Assembly (NCBI GenBank): GCA_030295235.1
Contig: AP026154.1
Coordinates: 124,001 to 188,000 of the forward strand
Reading direction: 5' to 3'
Origin: Fistulifera solaris
Taxonomy: Eukaryota
Length of the DNA: 64,000 nt
Shown: in pieces, positions 12,213-22,979 of the stretch
How positions within the stretch are numbered: position 1 is the first letter of the stretch
How the letters are laid out: each line of letters starts with the position of its first letter
The notes under the pieces: generated by a model
Database searches by the model: none
The model's input: the letters and a program-made list of their open reading frames with translations, nothing else
What the model was told of the DNA's origin: nothing
Translations under genes and position numbers: made by a program

Positions 12213-12520
12213 GATTTCTTTCAACTCGAAGCTTGTTGAGAAAAGTTAGTTTCACCGCAAAGATTATCAATGATTTCAGTCGGATCACAATGATGTGTTT
12301 TATTCCAACAAAGCAGTTTCTGGCGCATCAATCGATTGTGAGAGGATCAACTCTACGCAGCCCCCAAGGAAGTGTATCGTCTATACCGAAAAGAATTATT
12401 CCGGGATCGAGTGCGCGCTTTCTTAGTGGCGACTTCTTTGCTGCTCAATTCTTCGAAACCAAAAGGATTGCTGAGAACGATCGCGATGATACATCATGGT
12501 CGCAGCATCGCAGACAATGC

Positions 12521-12861
12521 TGGTCCAGAGTTTCTGGACCTGTCATACAGAATTTACGTCTGACGACGCAGAATAATGGTCCAGATTTTCTGGAACAGTC
12601 ATACAGAATTTCCGTCTGATTACGCAGAATGATGGTCCAGATTGTCTGGACACGTCATACAGAATTTCCGTCAGATGACGGAAAAAAAGTGGTCTAGATT
12701 TTCTGGACCGAATCTACAGAATTTCCGTCCGACGAGGGCTGAATGCTGGTCCAGATTTTCTGGAGCAACACTACAGATTACAGAATTTCCGTCTGACGAA
12801 GCAGAATAAATCGTCCAGATTTTCTGGAACAAACATACAGAATCTCCGTCCGACAGGGCTG
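12521..12861 (+). repeat. Minisatellite, 6 units of ~56 bp, built from palindromes
   Basis: Units start at 12521, 12577, 12633, 12690, 12747 and 12811. Consensus TGGTCCAGATTTTCTGGAnnnnCATACAGAATTTCCGTCTGACGAnGCAGAATnn. Confidence 0.95.
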
Positions 12862-13290
12862 TCCATCAATCAGTAGACTACTTTTTCGGCACTTCAGCGT
12901 CGCACCCTTTTTTGCGTGGTCGATCTGCCGCTGGGTGCGAACGAAGAAGATCTTGAAGCTCAATTCAAGCAATAAATTAAGCCCATTCTACTGTGCTGAT
13001 GACAATGATTGGCTCATGACTCATGACGGAAGGCGCAGACACAGTTGCGCGATACTTGGGCGAACAGAGATGTTTTGCTATCTGCTGTCAACGAGAGGAC
13101 TTGGAGTGCACTGTGGCTCTGGGGGCAGCTCTCTTCGTGGTCATCTTCACGTTTTTCGGAAGCAAGGGACGACAAGAATGATCCGGGTTTAAAAATTCGG
13201 CTGCATAAGAAAAAAGTTTCGATCGTTTCCTTTCTTTACAAACCCGTGTCTTCCTCCTTTCGTTATTTCTTGACGACTTGTCACCAAAGA

Positions 13291-16200
13291 ATGCCCAACA
13301 CTAAAAGACGTCACAAGAAGGGAAAAGAAAAGCAGCCGAACCAGCCGCCGGCCCCACAGCTCTTCCAGCGATTGAAAAGCATGTTTCCGGCAAAGACTAT
13401 CAGCCCAGCACCGAGCGACGGAGGATATCATCTACAATACAAAGAAGCGACATTGTCGTTTCACAATTGGATGGCAAAAGCCTGGCCTGCCTTGAGAATG
13501 ACCGCCGTTGATGATTATCGCCGAGGAGTCGATTTTATTGTCGAGCACAACATGAAATTGTATCTGCAAAACGAAGAAGTGCCGCATTGGATTGTGGCCC
13601 CGCCCGATATCCTGGCTAGCTTGGCGGTGAGCATATACGACTGCGAGAAAAAGTAGCCGCGAAATTGTTTAGATCGAAAAAGTTGATTGGGTAGATATAG
13701 ATCGCGACATTCAACAAGGCAATGTCCCTAATTACAACGGAGTGAAAGTGGAGAAAGAGATTGATATTAAAGAAGCCATTTTTGCAAGGGGACGATCGTC
13801 TTCAACCCATCGCCCTTCTGGATACTATGGAGGATTTAACGGAAATCGTGCACAATAGTTACGCTCTTTTCAAAGATTGCGTGAGACGCAAAGAATGTTT
13901 TGCCTCGGGCTCTATGCATCTCTTGGTGGAATGTGCGATGGTAGCGAATGAGGCTACAGAGTGTGTCGTTCGGGCGGAGAATGAAATGATGATCGATCAT
14001 CCTCATCTTTCACCGATTTATCATGTTCTTGCGCCGGTGATATTCGCAGAACACATAGCAGGCATCAATGAACGTATAGAAAAGACAAATTGCGAGAGAA
14101 TCCCCACATAGCTTTGCAGTTTATTGCTGAAGTTGTAGAGATTGCGTTTCATTCTGGCGGACGCGAGAAAATTCTTTCCTTCTATCACGCGCTTTACCAA
14201 GAAGTCAGGACTGGATCCAAACTTTGTGGAAGAGGTCGCGAGACAAGTGAATAGGATGACCGTCACTGAGACCTTGTTTGAGTGGTCGGAAACGAATCTG
14301 GTTCCGAATGAGACTGCCGCAAATGCTGATGGTAAATTAAAACCGCGCACCTGGCTTGTTGCAAACGAATTCACCGGAGGAGACTGCTGTATTCTATATG
14401 CAAGCAAGATGATTCGGTTGGCTATGGGCTTTGTTATTGATGGCAATCAACGATTCGATTTAGAACGAGGGTTTTGAAAGCCGTTCGACGAGGACAAATG
14501 CCACGCTCGTCGTATCTGGGGAGACCTTGATGAAACATTTATGGCCATGATTTTGCCAGAACTGGTCGGTATCTGTAAAGCTGCGTCTTTTGATTGTCTT
14601 GCAGACCGACCACATATATAATGGTCGTCATTGACCTCTTTCAGCGACACGTAAAAGATGACCCGAAAAAGCCGGTGCCGATAGCTCTGACCTTTGGTGT
14701 ACATGCGCTGTTGATGTCGATTTATGTCCTTCAAGGACAAAGTGATTTGGCTAGCCTTGCCGAGTATTCAAAAAAGTCGTATAACACGCTGTTCAAACAA
14801 ATGAAGACTGTGGTCGATCGCAGCAAAGCTCCCGAAAACAGCCCTGATTTCTACGAATATGTCTTGAGGCATATGCCAAGTCGCTGTATTCCGTCAAAGC
14901 GGGTCGATATCAAGCCGCAGCGGACCACGAGAAGGCGGTGATTCTTACTTTCTGGAACCCTTTGATCGCAGGAGAGTATATGCTGTATGCAACATTTATA
15001 TGCTCCAAAGGTTTGGTACCCTCGACTGTGGACTCATTGGGTCAGCTAAAATTCACACTCCATCTATACAACGGACTATAAGTCTGCAATCCGGCGTTTA
15101 GGATCCCTTTGCTTGAATATTTAGACAAAGTATTTAGGACTACAAAAGCAGTTTGGATGGGTGGAAAGCCAGGAAAAGGGTCGTGTTACAAGGTGTTCTG
15201 GATGTCGTTGGGAATGAGTGCACATCGGGCTGCTCGTCTCACGGCCAGTGAACATGTAGGTAATAAAGATGTTCTTTTGGAAGAAAAACCGAGGTAAAGC
15301 AGCCGCGGCGTCATACTGAAGTGCTGCACATAAACTGCTAACCAAGCGATTGCCCTACGCCCTACAGAGAATTCTATATCTTTCCCGAAGAATTTAGCTC
15401 CTCGCATCGGCGCTTAGTGCTTCACGATTTCCGGAGCAAGAATGCATTTTCCGTCAAAGAAAACGCAGCCGCTATACAACCCAATGATTTTCTAGCTGAT
15501 TGTCGAGCCAGAATCAGTGTGATTCTGGATGCCATGCGAGACGAAATAGATGTTATTCCTTTGAACTTTGCCGCAATCGGGTCGATATTGCTTGAGTTTT
15601 TACACGCATTGTCAGGTCACATGGGCTGGACAAATACGATTCAAGATCATTCGCTAACGCATCCCGAATTGTCTGTCCTGAGGGAAAACGCCAACGTAAG
15701 CCCTGCTCTTTTCGATACGAAATTTATGCTGGATGGCTTGATGCAAGATTGGGGACATGTCTTGCTGTGGGTGGACAAAGAAAAAAACGAAAAGATATTG
15801 TCGGAATAGCTGCATTCACCAAGTCCTTCTTTGAGAAGATTGACAAAAGTCGTTACGTCTTCTTCATTGAGGAGAATGAGGTTACAATAAGAATTTACCA
15901 CAACCCTTTGGAAGCTCCGTATCCTTATGGTCGAACCGGCAGGACGAAACGTGATCCACTCGAGGCAGATTGGTATCACGGGCACAGCAAACGAGGTCGA
16001 CCTGTTTCCAGTATGATCATTCCCGGCAGTGCCACTCGTCCTGGAGCCTTACGCGCGGTCTTTCTCGAACGACAATTGAAGCGCAATTCTCGAGGAAAGT
16101 ATCGCCACATTGCGAGCTATAGTCTTGACGAGTTGATGGAGTTGCGATGGGACGGATCACTTTATCTTTCCAGCACACTGAATGGAGAAGCCGTTCCATT

Positions 16201-16378
16201 CATACAATCTTTCGACTCGGATAGTGAAGAGAAGTATGAACCGATCAATATTCAGCGCGGAAAGCGAGAAGGCACCATTGGTTTCTCCGATGCTCAAGTT
16301 GGACTGTTCACATCAGTGCCGGGCGCTGTAGAAAACGGAGAAACGCGATTGACACAGATCAAAAGAAATGGATTTTAA
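13291..16378 (+). pseudogene. Large DUF6604-like gene, disrupted
   Basis: N-terminal YHLQYKEATLSFHNWM...VAPPDILASLAVSI resembles DUF6604 (recognised from memory). Continues as several co-oriented ORF fragments broken by in-frame stops (14109 TAG; 14475 TGA in GF*KPFDE; 15295 TAA) and frameshifts. Confidence 0.6.
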
Positions 16379-16672
16379 GAAAAAAGAATAGTTTACCTGT
16401 ATTTACATTGCCTGACTTGGTACAACTTTCCGTATACTCGCGTAAGAAAGTATTGCAATTCTTGTGGATGACAAAATCTCTTGCTCCAGGTTTCTGCACC
16501 CATTCAAAACAGAAGATGATACGATCGCGCGCTGAGCTTTGAAAATGGAGTCTACCTAGAAGAATTATTGTACGTCAATTGCATTATCAAACGCTAGGAG
16601 ACTTCGAGAACTTTTAGCTGGTTCGAAAACATATCATTCTTGGCTCTCGTTTGCGTACGCTTCCTCTGCAGG

Positions 16673-17208
16673 TTATCCCTTCTTGGTGCACGCCCAGCAG
16701 GCCGTCGCCGAGACACTTCCCATGGCACTCCCCAGGCTCAATCCTTGCGCAATACCTAGATACCCGGGCGACAATCCACATTTCTGAGGCCCACCCGCCA
16801 CATACAGGGCCGCCGCTGCCGCTCCCATACCCATCCATACGGACTTATCCATCACTCGGACTTTAAAGTTGTCGTGTAAGCCATCGACCCGTTTCTGAAT
16901 GCCTTCTTCGTCCCACGGAGGACTCGCATTCTTGCCCTGGATGGCCGTCACGGCCAATCGTGTCGTCCCCAATACCATACCGACGGTCCCTCCGATCAAA
17001 CCCGCCGTACCGGCCGTCTGCCATACCGTGGCGTAGGGTTGGTACAGTTTGCTGGCGTGCAAGACACCTCCAATGGCGACACCGACGGGTGTGAGCAGAT
17101 CGTAGCCCGCCCCGGCGACATGATACGCTAAAAGGGACGCTTTCCTGGAAACAAATCGGCGACAGTCCAGCCGACTGTGGGATGATTACTTTGTGATGAC
17201 GCTGACAT
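16673..17208 (-). CDS. Hypothetical small membrane protein
   Basis: ATG at 17208 (MSASSQSNHPTVGWTVADLFPGKRPF/LAYHVAGAGY..) joins ORF 16673-17062 with a 1-nt fix. Gly/Ala-rich hydrophobic segments. Confidence 0.65.
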
Positions 17209-17870
17209 GATGGAAATCTGAGTATCGCATGAAGAAGCTAGTATTAACGTCAAGTAAGTGCGAAGGTAATGAGAGCTGTTTGTCGACGAGTGAGAATTTG
17301 TTGCCGTGTCACATTATTTCTTCGGTCGGCCGTTCTGTCTCCGGGTTCTCATTCTTGTTGCCGGCGGACGACGGCAAGATCGTGTTTGGGTGTTTGGTAT
17401 CATTCGTCATTCGTCGTTCGCCACTTTATGGAGCTCCACAAGACTGAAGTATCCACGTCAGTGTATCCATGAAGTTAAGTAAAAAATCCAAATGACAATT
17501 TTTACTTAGTAGAAATGACGCAATCATTCCCCATCGGTATCCGTTGTTGCAAGGATTCGTTTGAACAAATTTCATCGCAACAATTTCGGCCATCCCATTG
17601 GCCTACCATCGGAGGAAGAAAACATTCTATTACATGATAATTGGCACTCATCTGCTTGGCATTCTTGTGGAGCCATTCTTGCCAAATGGAGCTCACGATT
17701 GCCTTATGATCGGATGCGTAAGGATTTATGGTCATAATAATCAAAACGGATCGCCGTCCCGAAAGTAAGAAGCCAAACCATCGCTGATCTTCTCTTACCT
17801 TGACTTGACACTGTACATGAATATTATTTCTCACAAACCTCCTTTTGTCAGAGTTGCATCCCTTTGAATA

Positions 17871-18689
17871 ATGAAATTGTTTGCTGTTCTCTCCCTTGCT
17901 GTGGTTACATCTGCCTTGGAGCAACCCAATGGTATTCTTCAAGAATACCAGCGTGAGCTCCAAGCTTTGAATGACTTTGAGAGCCAAGTGGCTGGACGAG
18001 GTCGCTTCCTCACCGACGCGTCGGCTGGCAAGGCCAACATGACGGATTCTTCTTCGGCCGTCGGAGCCTGCCAAGCACGAAAAAATATGTGCGAAGCGGC
18101 CACTCAAGGTATGGAGTTTCCAGCACAAAAATGGATCGATACTCTCGAAAGCATGGGCAGCAGTCCCAACAACACACTCGTCGATGACTTAATTCAATTG
18201 ATTGATTGGTCACAACAAGCCGACTTCAATCCGGTAGTGTCGACGGTCCATAGCAGTGCCAGCGCCCAGAATGTATTGACGGTCCTTCGGGATACTGCCC
18301 AAGAAATCAAGAATGTCGACCAAGCGGATCCAACGGGAGCGACCGCGGTCATGGTCGATGCACTGACCCGCGTTGAAACGGTTCTTGTCAGTGTGGGCGC
18401 TCCCGTTCCCGAGCAATCGATTGATCTCGTCATTTTCTTGCTCGAGTTCGTGGCGGGTCTTTTGGGTACCCTCAGTGGATCGCCCCTCGAAATTGTCATA
18501 TACATCGTTCAGCAAGTCTTCGTCTTTGTCACAACGTTCTTGGCCGGTTTGTTCACGATTGCGGTGTTCCCTTCCGCAGACCCGGAATGTCAAAGTGAAC
18601 TCATGTTCTGCAACTACATGAAGATGATGCTCGACGTTGTACCTGGCTTGGTCGGAAGCATCTTTATTGCGGAGACGACTACTCCGTAA
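17871..18689 (+). CDS. Secreted or membrane protein, local paralogue family member 1
   Basis: Signal peptide MKLFAVLSLAVVTSA, RELQ pro-peptide-like motif, CxxxxxxC, hydrophobic C-terminal half, FP...C....M.CNY..M...VP. Confidence 0.8.
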   Translation: MKLFAVLSLAVVTSALEQPNGILQEYQRELQALNDFESQVAGRGRFLTDASAGKANMTDSSSAVGACQARKNMCEAATQGMEFPAQKWIDTLESMGSSPNNTLVDDLIQLIDWSQQADFNPVVSTVHSSASAQNVLTVLRDTAQEIKNVDQADPTGATAVMVDALTRVETVLVSVGAPVPEQSIDLVIFLLEFVAGLLGTLSGSPLEIVIYIVQQVFVFVTTFLAGLFTIAVFPSADPECQSELMFCNYMKMMLDVVPGLVGSIFIAETTTP

Positions 18690-19369
18690 ACAAGAATTTT
18701 CCACGTCGCTGCATAAATCAAATAAGTGTGAAATCTAAAAAGCTGTTTTTTCTTCGAGACCTGCCTACATCTATGTATTCTAAATAGAGTTAGTTCGATA
18801 AATGGTAGGGTTTGCTCGACAAATCTTTTCGAGACATCCAAGACATGCATCTAAATGTAATGGGGCAACAGTCCGGCTTCACTGGATAACAAAATATCAC
18901 TTAACTTCGCAACAACAATAATTTATGTCGAAACATGAAGGAGTCGCGAAACTTACGTCTCCGTGACGTGGCTAGATCTCCAAACTCCAAAACGTCTTGT
19001 CAGGGGATGTTTGTCTTCGGAGCATGTAAGGCTGGAAGACGAAGATCTGCCTTAAATCGACTAGCATTACAAAATTTTGTCATTAAATAGTCCATTAGAT
19101 GATTTTAGTGAAGCGTTTATTGAATTCACACTTCAAGGCCGGGTCACGTTCTCATTATTTCAGAATCAACAGACCATTTCGACGCTGAACGTTTCATACC
19201 GTTTTGTGATCATAAATTCTCTACCTCAACCAATTCGATCCGTACAACTTCCAACTTACTACTACGCTTCTTTCGGTAAGTACATTAGCCGATACTCACT
19301 GCTGCTAGTCATTTCAACTACAATCGCATTCACATTCATTTCCTGTACAATGACAACAGCCTCACTACC

Positions 19370-20134
19370 ATGAAATTCTGGACCATTTTTCTTGCGACCT
19401 CCGTTACGTTCGAAACGATCTTCGCTGCCGACGATACCGCACCGTTGACGCTTTTGGAAGAACCGGGTGAACGCGATTTGCTCCGCCTTGGTGTGAACCG
19501 TCGCTGTGGTCGTCGTCTCGAATCCTGTGTCGCCAACTCAGGAAATTCCGGATTGCCCATTCAGAACTGGCTGGGTGATCTTCGCCCACTCGGTGGTGAT
19601 GATGACAATGTAGACGAACTGCTTTCGATTCTGAATGCGGTTCAGGCCGCCAACGCGGGGCCCTTCGTGAGTGGTTTATCGCAGCTTGGTCTCCGTGATC
19701 GTGTTCGAGCTCTGCGCTTTTTCCGATCGACGATTTCGAATTTGAACGATCTCACGGTTTCGGGTGACAACTTTGATATTGCCCAGAGTCTGGATGACAT
19801 TGCGGGAATTCTCGTTGGGCTGTTCTCCTTTCTAAACGGCATGATCGATACGGCGCAATATCTGTTCCTTTCGCTCGCTCTACGCCTTACGCTGGTGACT
19901 TTGCAGTTGACCGATGCCGCCCAGGACCTGGCCATCGCTTCGTTTGTGGTGATTCCGGCAATTTTGACTCAATTCCTTGTGAGTACGTTGCGAGATGCTA
20001 CGGCGATTCTGTTGTTTCCCTTTGCCGATACGGGGTGTTTGGTGGCCTCGATGGATTGTAACTATGGTGTTTTGATGAACGGAGTCGTTCCGATTATTCT
20101 TGAAGGTATTGTGACCGTTGAAGGAGAAGAATAG
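19370..20134 (+). CDS. Secreted or membrane protein, local paralogue family member 2
   Basis: Signal peptide, RRCGRRLESCVANS, QNWL, FPFADTGCLVASMDCNYGVLMNGVVP, matching member 1. Confidence 0.8.
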   Translation: MKFWTIFLATSVTFETIFAADDTAPLTLLEEPGERDLLRLGVNRRCGRRLESCVANSGNSGLPIQNWLGDLRPLGGDDDNVDELLSILNAVQAANAGPFVSGLSQLGLRDRVRALRFFRSTISNLNDLTVSGDNFDIAQSLDDIAGILVGLFSFLNGMIDTAQYLFLSLALRLTLVTLQLTDAAQDLAIASFVVIPAILTQFLVSTLRDATAILLFPFADTGCLVASMDCNYGVLMNGVVPIILEGIVTVEGEE

Positions 20135-20469
20135 AATGATGCGCACTAGAATGAAACCGAATAGTAGTGTCGTTTTTCCTTGCACATTGTAAGGGTTTTT
20201 GTAAATACTCCGGAATAGACCGCTTTGACGTATGTGCGAAACAAATGAACTAAAGTAGCTCATTCCTCTACGTCCTTTGCGCGTGGGGTGAACAGAACGA
20301 TGTCTCAAAGAGTAATAACAGCATAACAGCCTTGAACTACAAGAATATTTGTGAATTGATTGTCATTTATTTTTGAAAAATCATTTCCTCTCGAAACGTT
20401 AACAGGTAGTGCGATGTCACGCGTGTATTCATTTGCGCAGCACGACTGCGACGCGGCAGTGCATTTGTC

Positions 20470-20492
20470 TCATGACTGAAAATTAGTCGTGA
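20470..20492 (+). repeat. 23-bp hairpin of dispersed element
   Basis: TCATGACTGAAAATTAGTCGTGA. Confidence 0.75.
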
Positions 20493-20853
20493 AAAGCAAT
20501 AGTACATTATTGGCCTAGACAAAGGCTTTGCAGTAAAGGATAGACCAACTTGGCCTTTCGAAAAGAGTAACATGCACGTAATGTGATTGAAAAATGCTTA
20601 TTAGTACCCCAATTTCTTCCATTTTTGTTTCAACTTTTCTAGTTTTTCCTCAAATGTAAACCAGATCTTTATAGTGTCAACAAAATTGACTATTGATACT
20701 TTATTTTTATTTTTCTGAAGATAAACCCAAATTTTATTTTATTCCCTAATTCCTTTTATCTACTCACTCCGGAGTATTCCATTAAAGAGACGCTGGTATT
20801 ACATTTACATGCCTTTGAAAGAGCAACCGTACTGTGTTACGGAGTAAGAGTTT

Positions 20854-20928
20854 ATAGATTTTCTGGGCACCCAACATCACATCTACAGATTTTCTGTAAG
20901 GCGTCGTCCAGTTTCCAGTTTTTCTGGA
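20854..20928. repeat. Cluster of three CAGA-N3-TCTG palindromes
   Basis: ATAGATTTTCTGGG (20854), TACAGATTTTCTGTA (20884), TCCAGTTTTTCTGGA (20914). Confidence 0.7.
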
Positions 20929-21283
20929 TATCACTACTGGTACCTACGTACCGGAACGACAATTCGCTCATTTTTGATGCGCCTTTTGACCTATTTTTTA
21001 GACCAAAAGAGGGTCACTTTTTCGTTCTTCATCGAAAGGGAACAGGGAACATGAAAATAAATAAAGGGAAGTATGTGCCGTTTCGTCGAATTCTCATAAT
21101 AATCGACTATTTTCACTCAGCATTACAGATAAAAGTGGCTCTTAATCAAGGTAGGTTCGAGTCGAGGTGCCGTACCTGGTAACGACTGCTTAGTGACGTT
21201 GTGCCAAATTGGAGCCTGGTTATACTTCAGCTAAAACTGCGTTCACTTTCGCTTTTCGATTCAATGAAAATTAGTGTCAAAGA

Positions 21284-21775
21284 ATGAAGGTGTTGATCTT
21301 TTTCTACGCTGCTGTATCTTTCATTCTGGCGACTCCTTTCGCTGCGGATTATGCAGAAGACCAGGATCGACCCGAACTCCTCCGTCGCAATTCTAACCGA
21401 CGCTCTGAACGTCGGCTTCGCTCTTGCAAGAGGCGCCTTCAATCTTGTGAAGCTAATTCAATGAATCAACATTTGAAGTCTCAGAACTCGAGTAAGATGG
21501 ATGAGTCGCGCTACTGTATTCCCAAACCTTCTGATATCAATCAGGCGACGTACAATTTCGAAAGTACGCAAACGAAGAACTGGTTAGCAGGAGGAAAGCC
21601 CGCATCTGTCGTCGACGGATCAAAAGTAACGAAAAACATCAATACATTTCTGAAACGCGTGAATCCAATTCTTCGCAACTGCATTGTGATGATGACGGAA
21701 TTGTTTTTGCTGACTTTGCTCACAGACGGTTTGTACAAATATATCTCTTCTACGTTAGGTAGGAAATTACTTTAG
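21284..21775 (+). CDS. Secreted protein, paralogue family member 3 (truncated or intron-containing)
   Basis: Signal peptide, ELLRRNSNRR..RSCKRRLQSCEANS and TKNWL similar to member 2. Possible introns (GTAAG near 21492). Conserved C-terminus not found. Confidence 0.55.
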   Translation: MKVLIFFYAAVSFILATPFAADYAEDQDRPELLRRNSNRRSERRLRSCKRRLQSCEANSMNQHLKSQNSSKMDESRYCIPKPSDINQATYNFESTQTKNWLAGGKPASVVDGSKVTKNINTFLKRVNPILRNCIVMMTELFLLTLLTDGLYKYISSTLGRKLL

Positions 21776-22162
21776 TCATCTAGATGGAAATGGGTAAGGG
21801 TAAACGAAACAGTCACATGGTGCTTCGTCTTCCTGTTTTAGCGTAGCCTCGCTTAATAAAGTTACCTAAGTCTTGTCCCATGAACGAGACCATAGAGACT
21901 CATTGCTCATGAGATGCTCCGAAGACTGGATGAAAGACAACAATAGAAACTCGAGCACAAGAAGGCTAGGCTCGAATACGTGAATACTAGCGGGTTAAAC
22001 GTTGCAATAGGATTTCTACGTAAGCGTAAGCACGAAAGCATTCAACGACTGTTTTGGAAGTAAAAATACCCGAAATTTCCCAGTTGAACAGTGCGATGCC
22101 GGTCATTAAAATATAGAATAATATCAGAGGTCATCCATTTCACATCCTAAAGAATCATTTGG

Positions 22163-22588
22163 CTACTCGCTCTTTTGCTTTTCCTCCACGGTCTCTACAT
22201 CCATCGACGCGGGCGGTGCCTGTTTGAGCTTGTTGGCATTCGCTTCTCCTTCCTGAAGTCCTTTTTGAAATTCTTTGGGGACTTCTTTGAGTTCACCAGC
22301 GATTTTACCGGCATCCTTGCCCAATTCGGCCAACTTTTGCGGTCCCAAAACAAAGGCGGCGGCGACCAAAATGATGGCTATTTCAGGGGCACCCAAGCCA
22401 AAAAGACCCATCGTTTGTATGTTCGCCACGGACTTGCGTTGATGCTGAAGTGCAGCGGGCGTGTAGTAATTGCTCGATGGAATCGTTGGCTGCGTCGTCG
22501 ATCGGAATGATTGCGGTGTCACCGGCGCAAACGCCGAAACAGTAGCCATCATCATGAATGCCGTGAAATAAGGTAAAATTGACTTCAT
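22163..22588 (-). CDS. tatA: Plastid twin-arginine translocase TatA/B-family subunit
   Basis: Bipartite presequence (..ATVSA-FAP..), then GLFGLGAPEIAIILVAAAFVLGPQKLAELGKDAGKIAGELK. Confidence 0.9.
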   Translation of the reverse strand: MKSILPYFTAFMMMATVSAFAPVTPQSFRSTTQPTIPSSNYYTPAALQHQRKSVANIQTMGLFGLGAPEIAIILVAAAFVLGPQKLAELGKDAGKIAGELKEVPKEFQKGLQEGEANANKLKQAPPASMDVETVEEKQKSE

Positions 22589-22979
22589 TTTTGCTGCGAT
22601 TGTGATAAAGTGTTGACGAAGCTTTTAAATTGGGGCGGAGACGGAGGTAAAAGTAAAGATAGTCGATGTCAAATGAGAGCTGAGATCTTGATGTCCTTCA
22701 AGTCGAAAAAGTCGATTGATTGCCTGTGATTGACTTTTCGATCCTCCCTCCAACTCAACGGTATGACGTACGACGAGCTGTCGCAGCAGGAATGGAGCTT
22801 GCTTGCGTGGACGTGACTTTCCAGACCCGGATGATCAAGCCCATAACCTGCTCAGACCCGTTTGATCATGACTCCTCCCTACGCCAACAAAAACTTTTTG
22901 CAGAATAAACGCGACAAAAGACGAAAGCACAACACGTTATTATTCATTCTCGACTTACTTATCGAATCTAGTTTACAGC

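Noticed and set aside
12521..12861. CRISPR array
   Set aside because: The inter-repeat segments are short and homologous, there are no cas genes, and the context is eukaryotic. It is a minisatellite.
20560..20810. AT-rich tract as a possible diatom centromere
   Set aside because: Only ~250 bp, too short to support the claim.
21136..21165. tRNA-Lys-like words (GGCTCTTAATC...GGTTCGAGTC)
   Set aside because: No acceptor stem, D arm or paired T stem can be formed.
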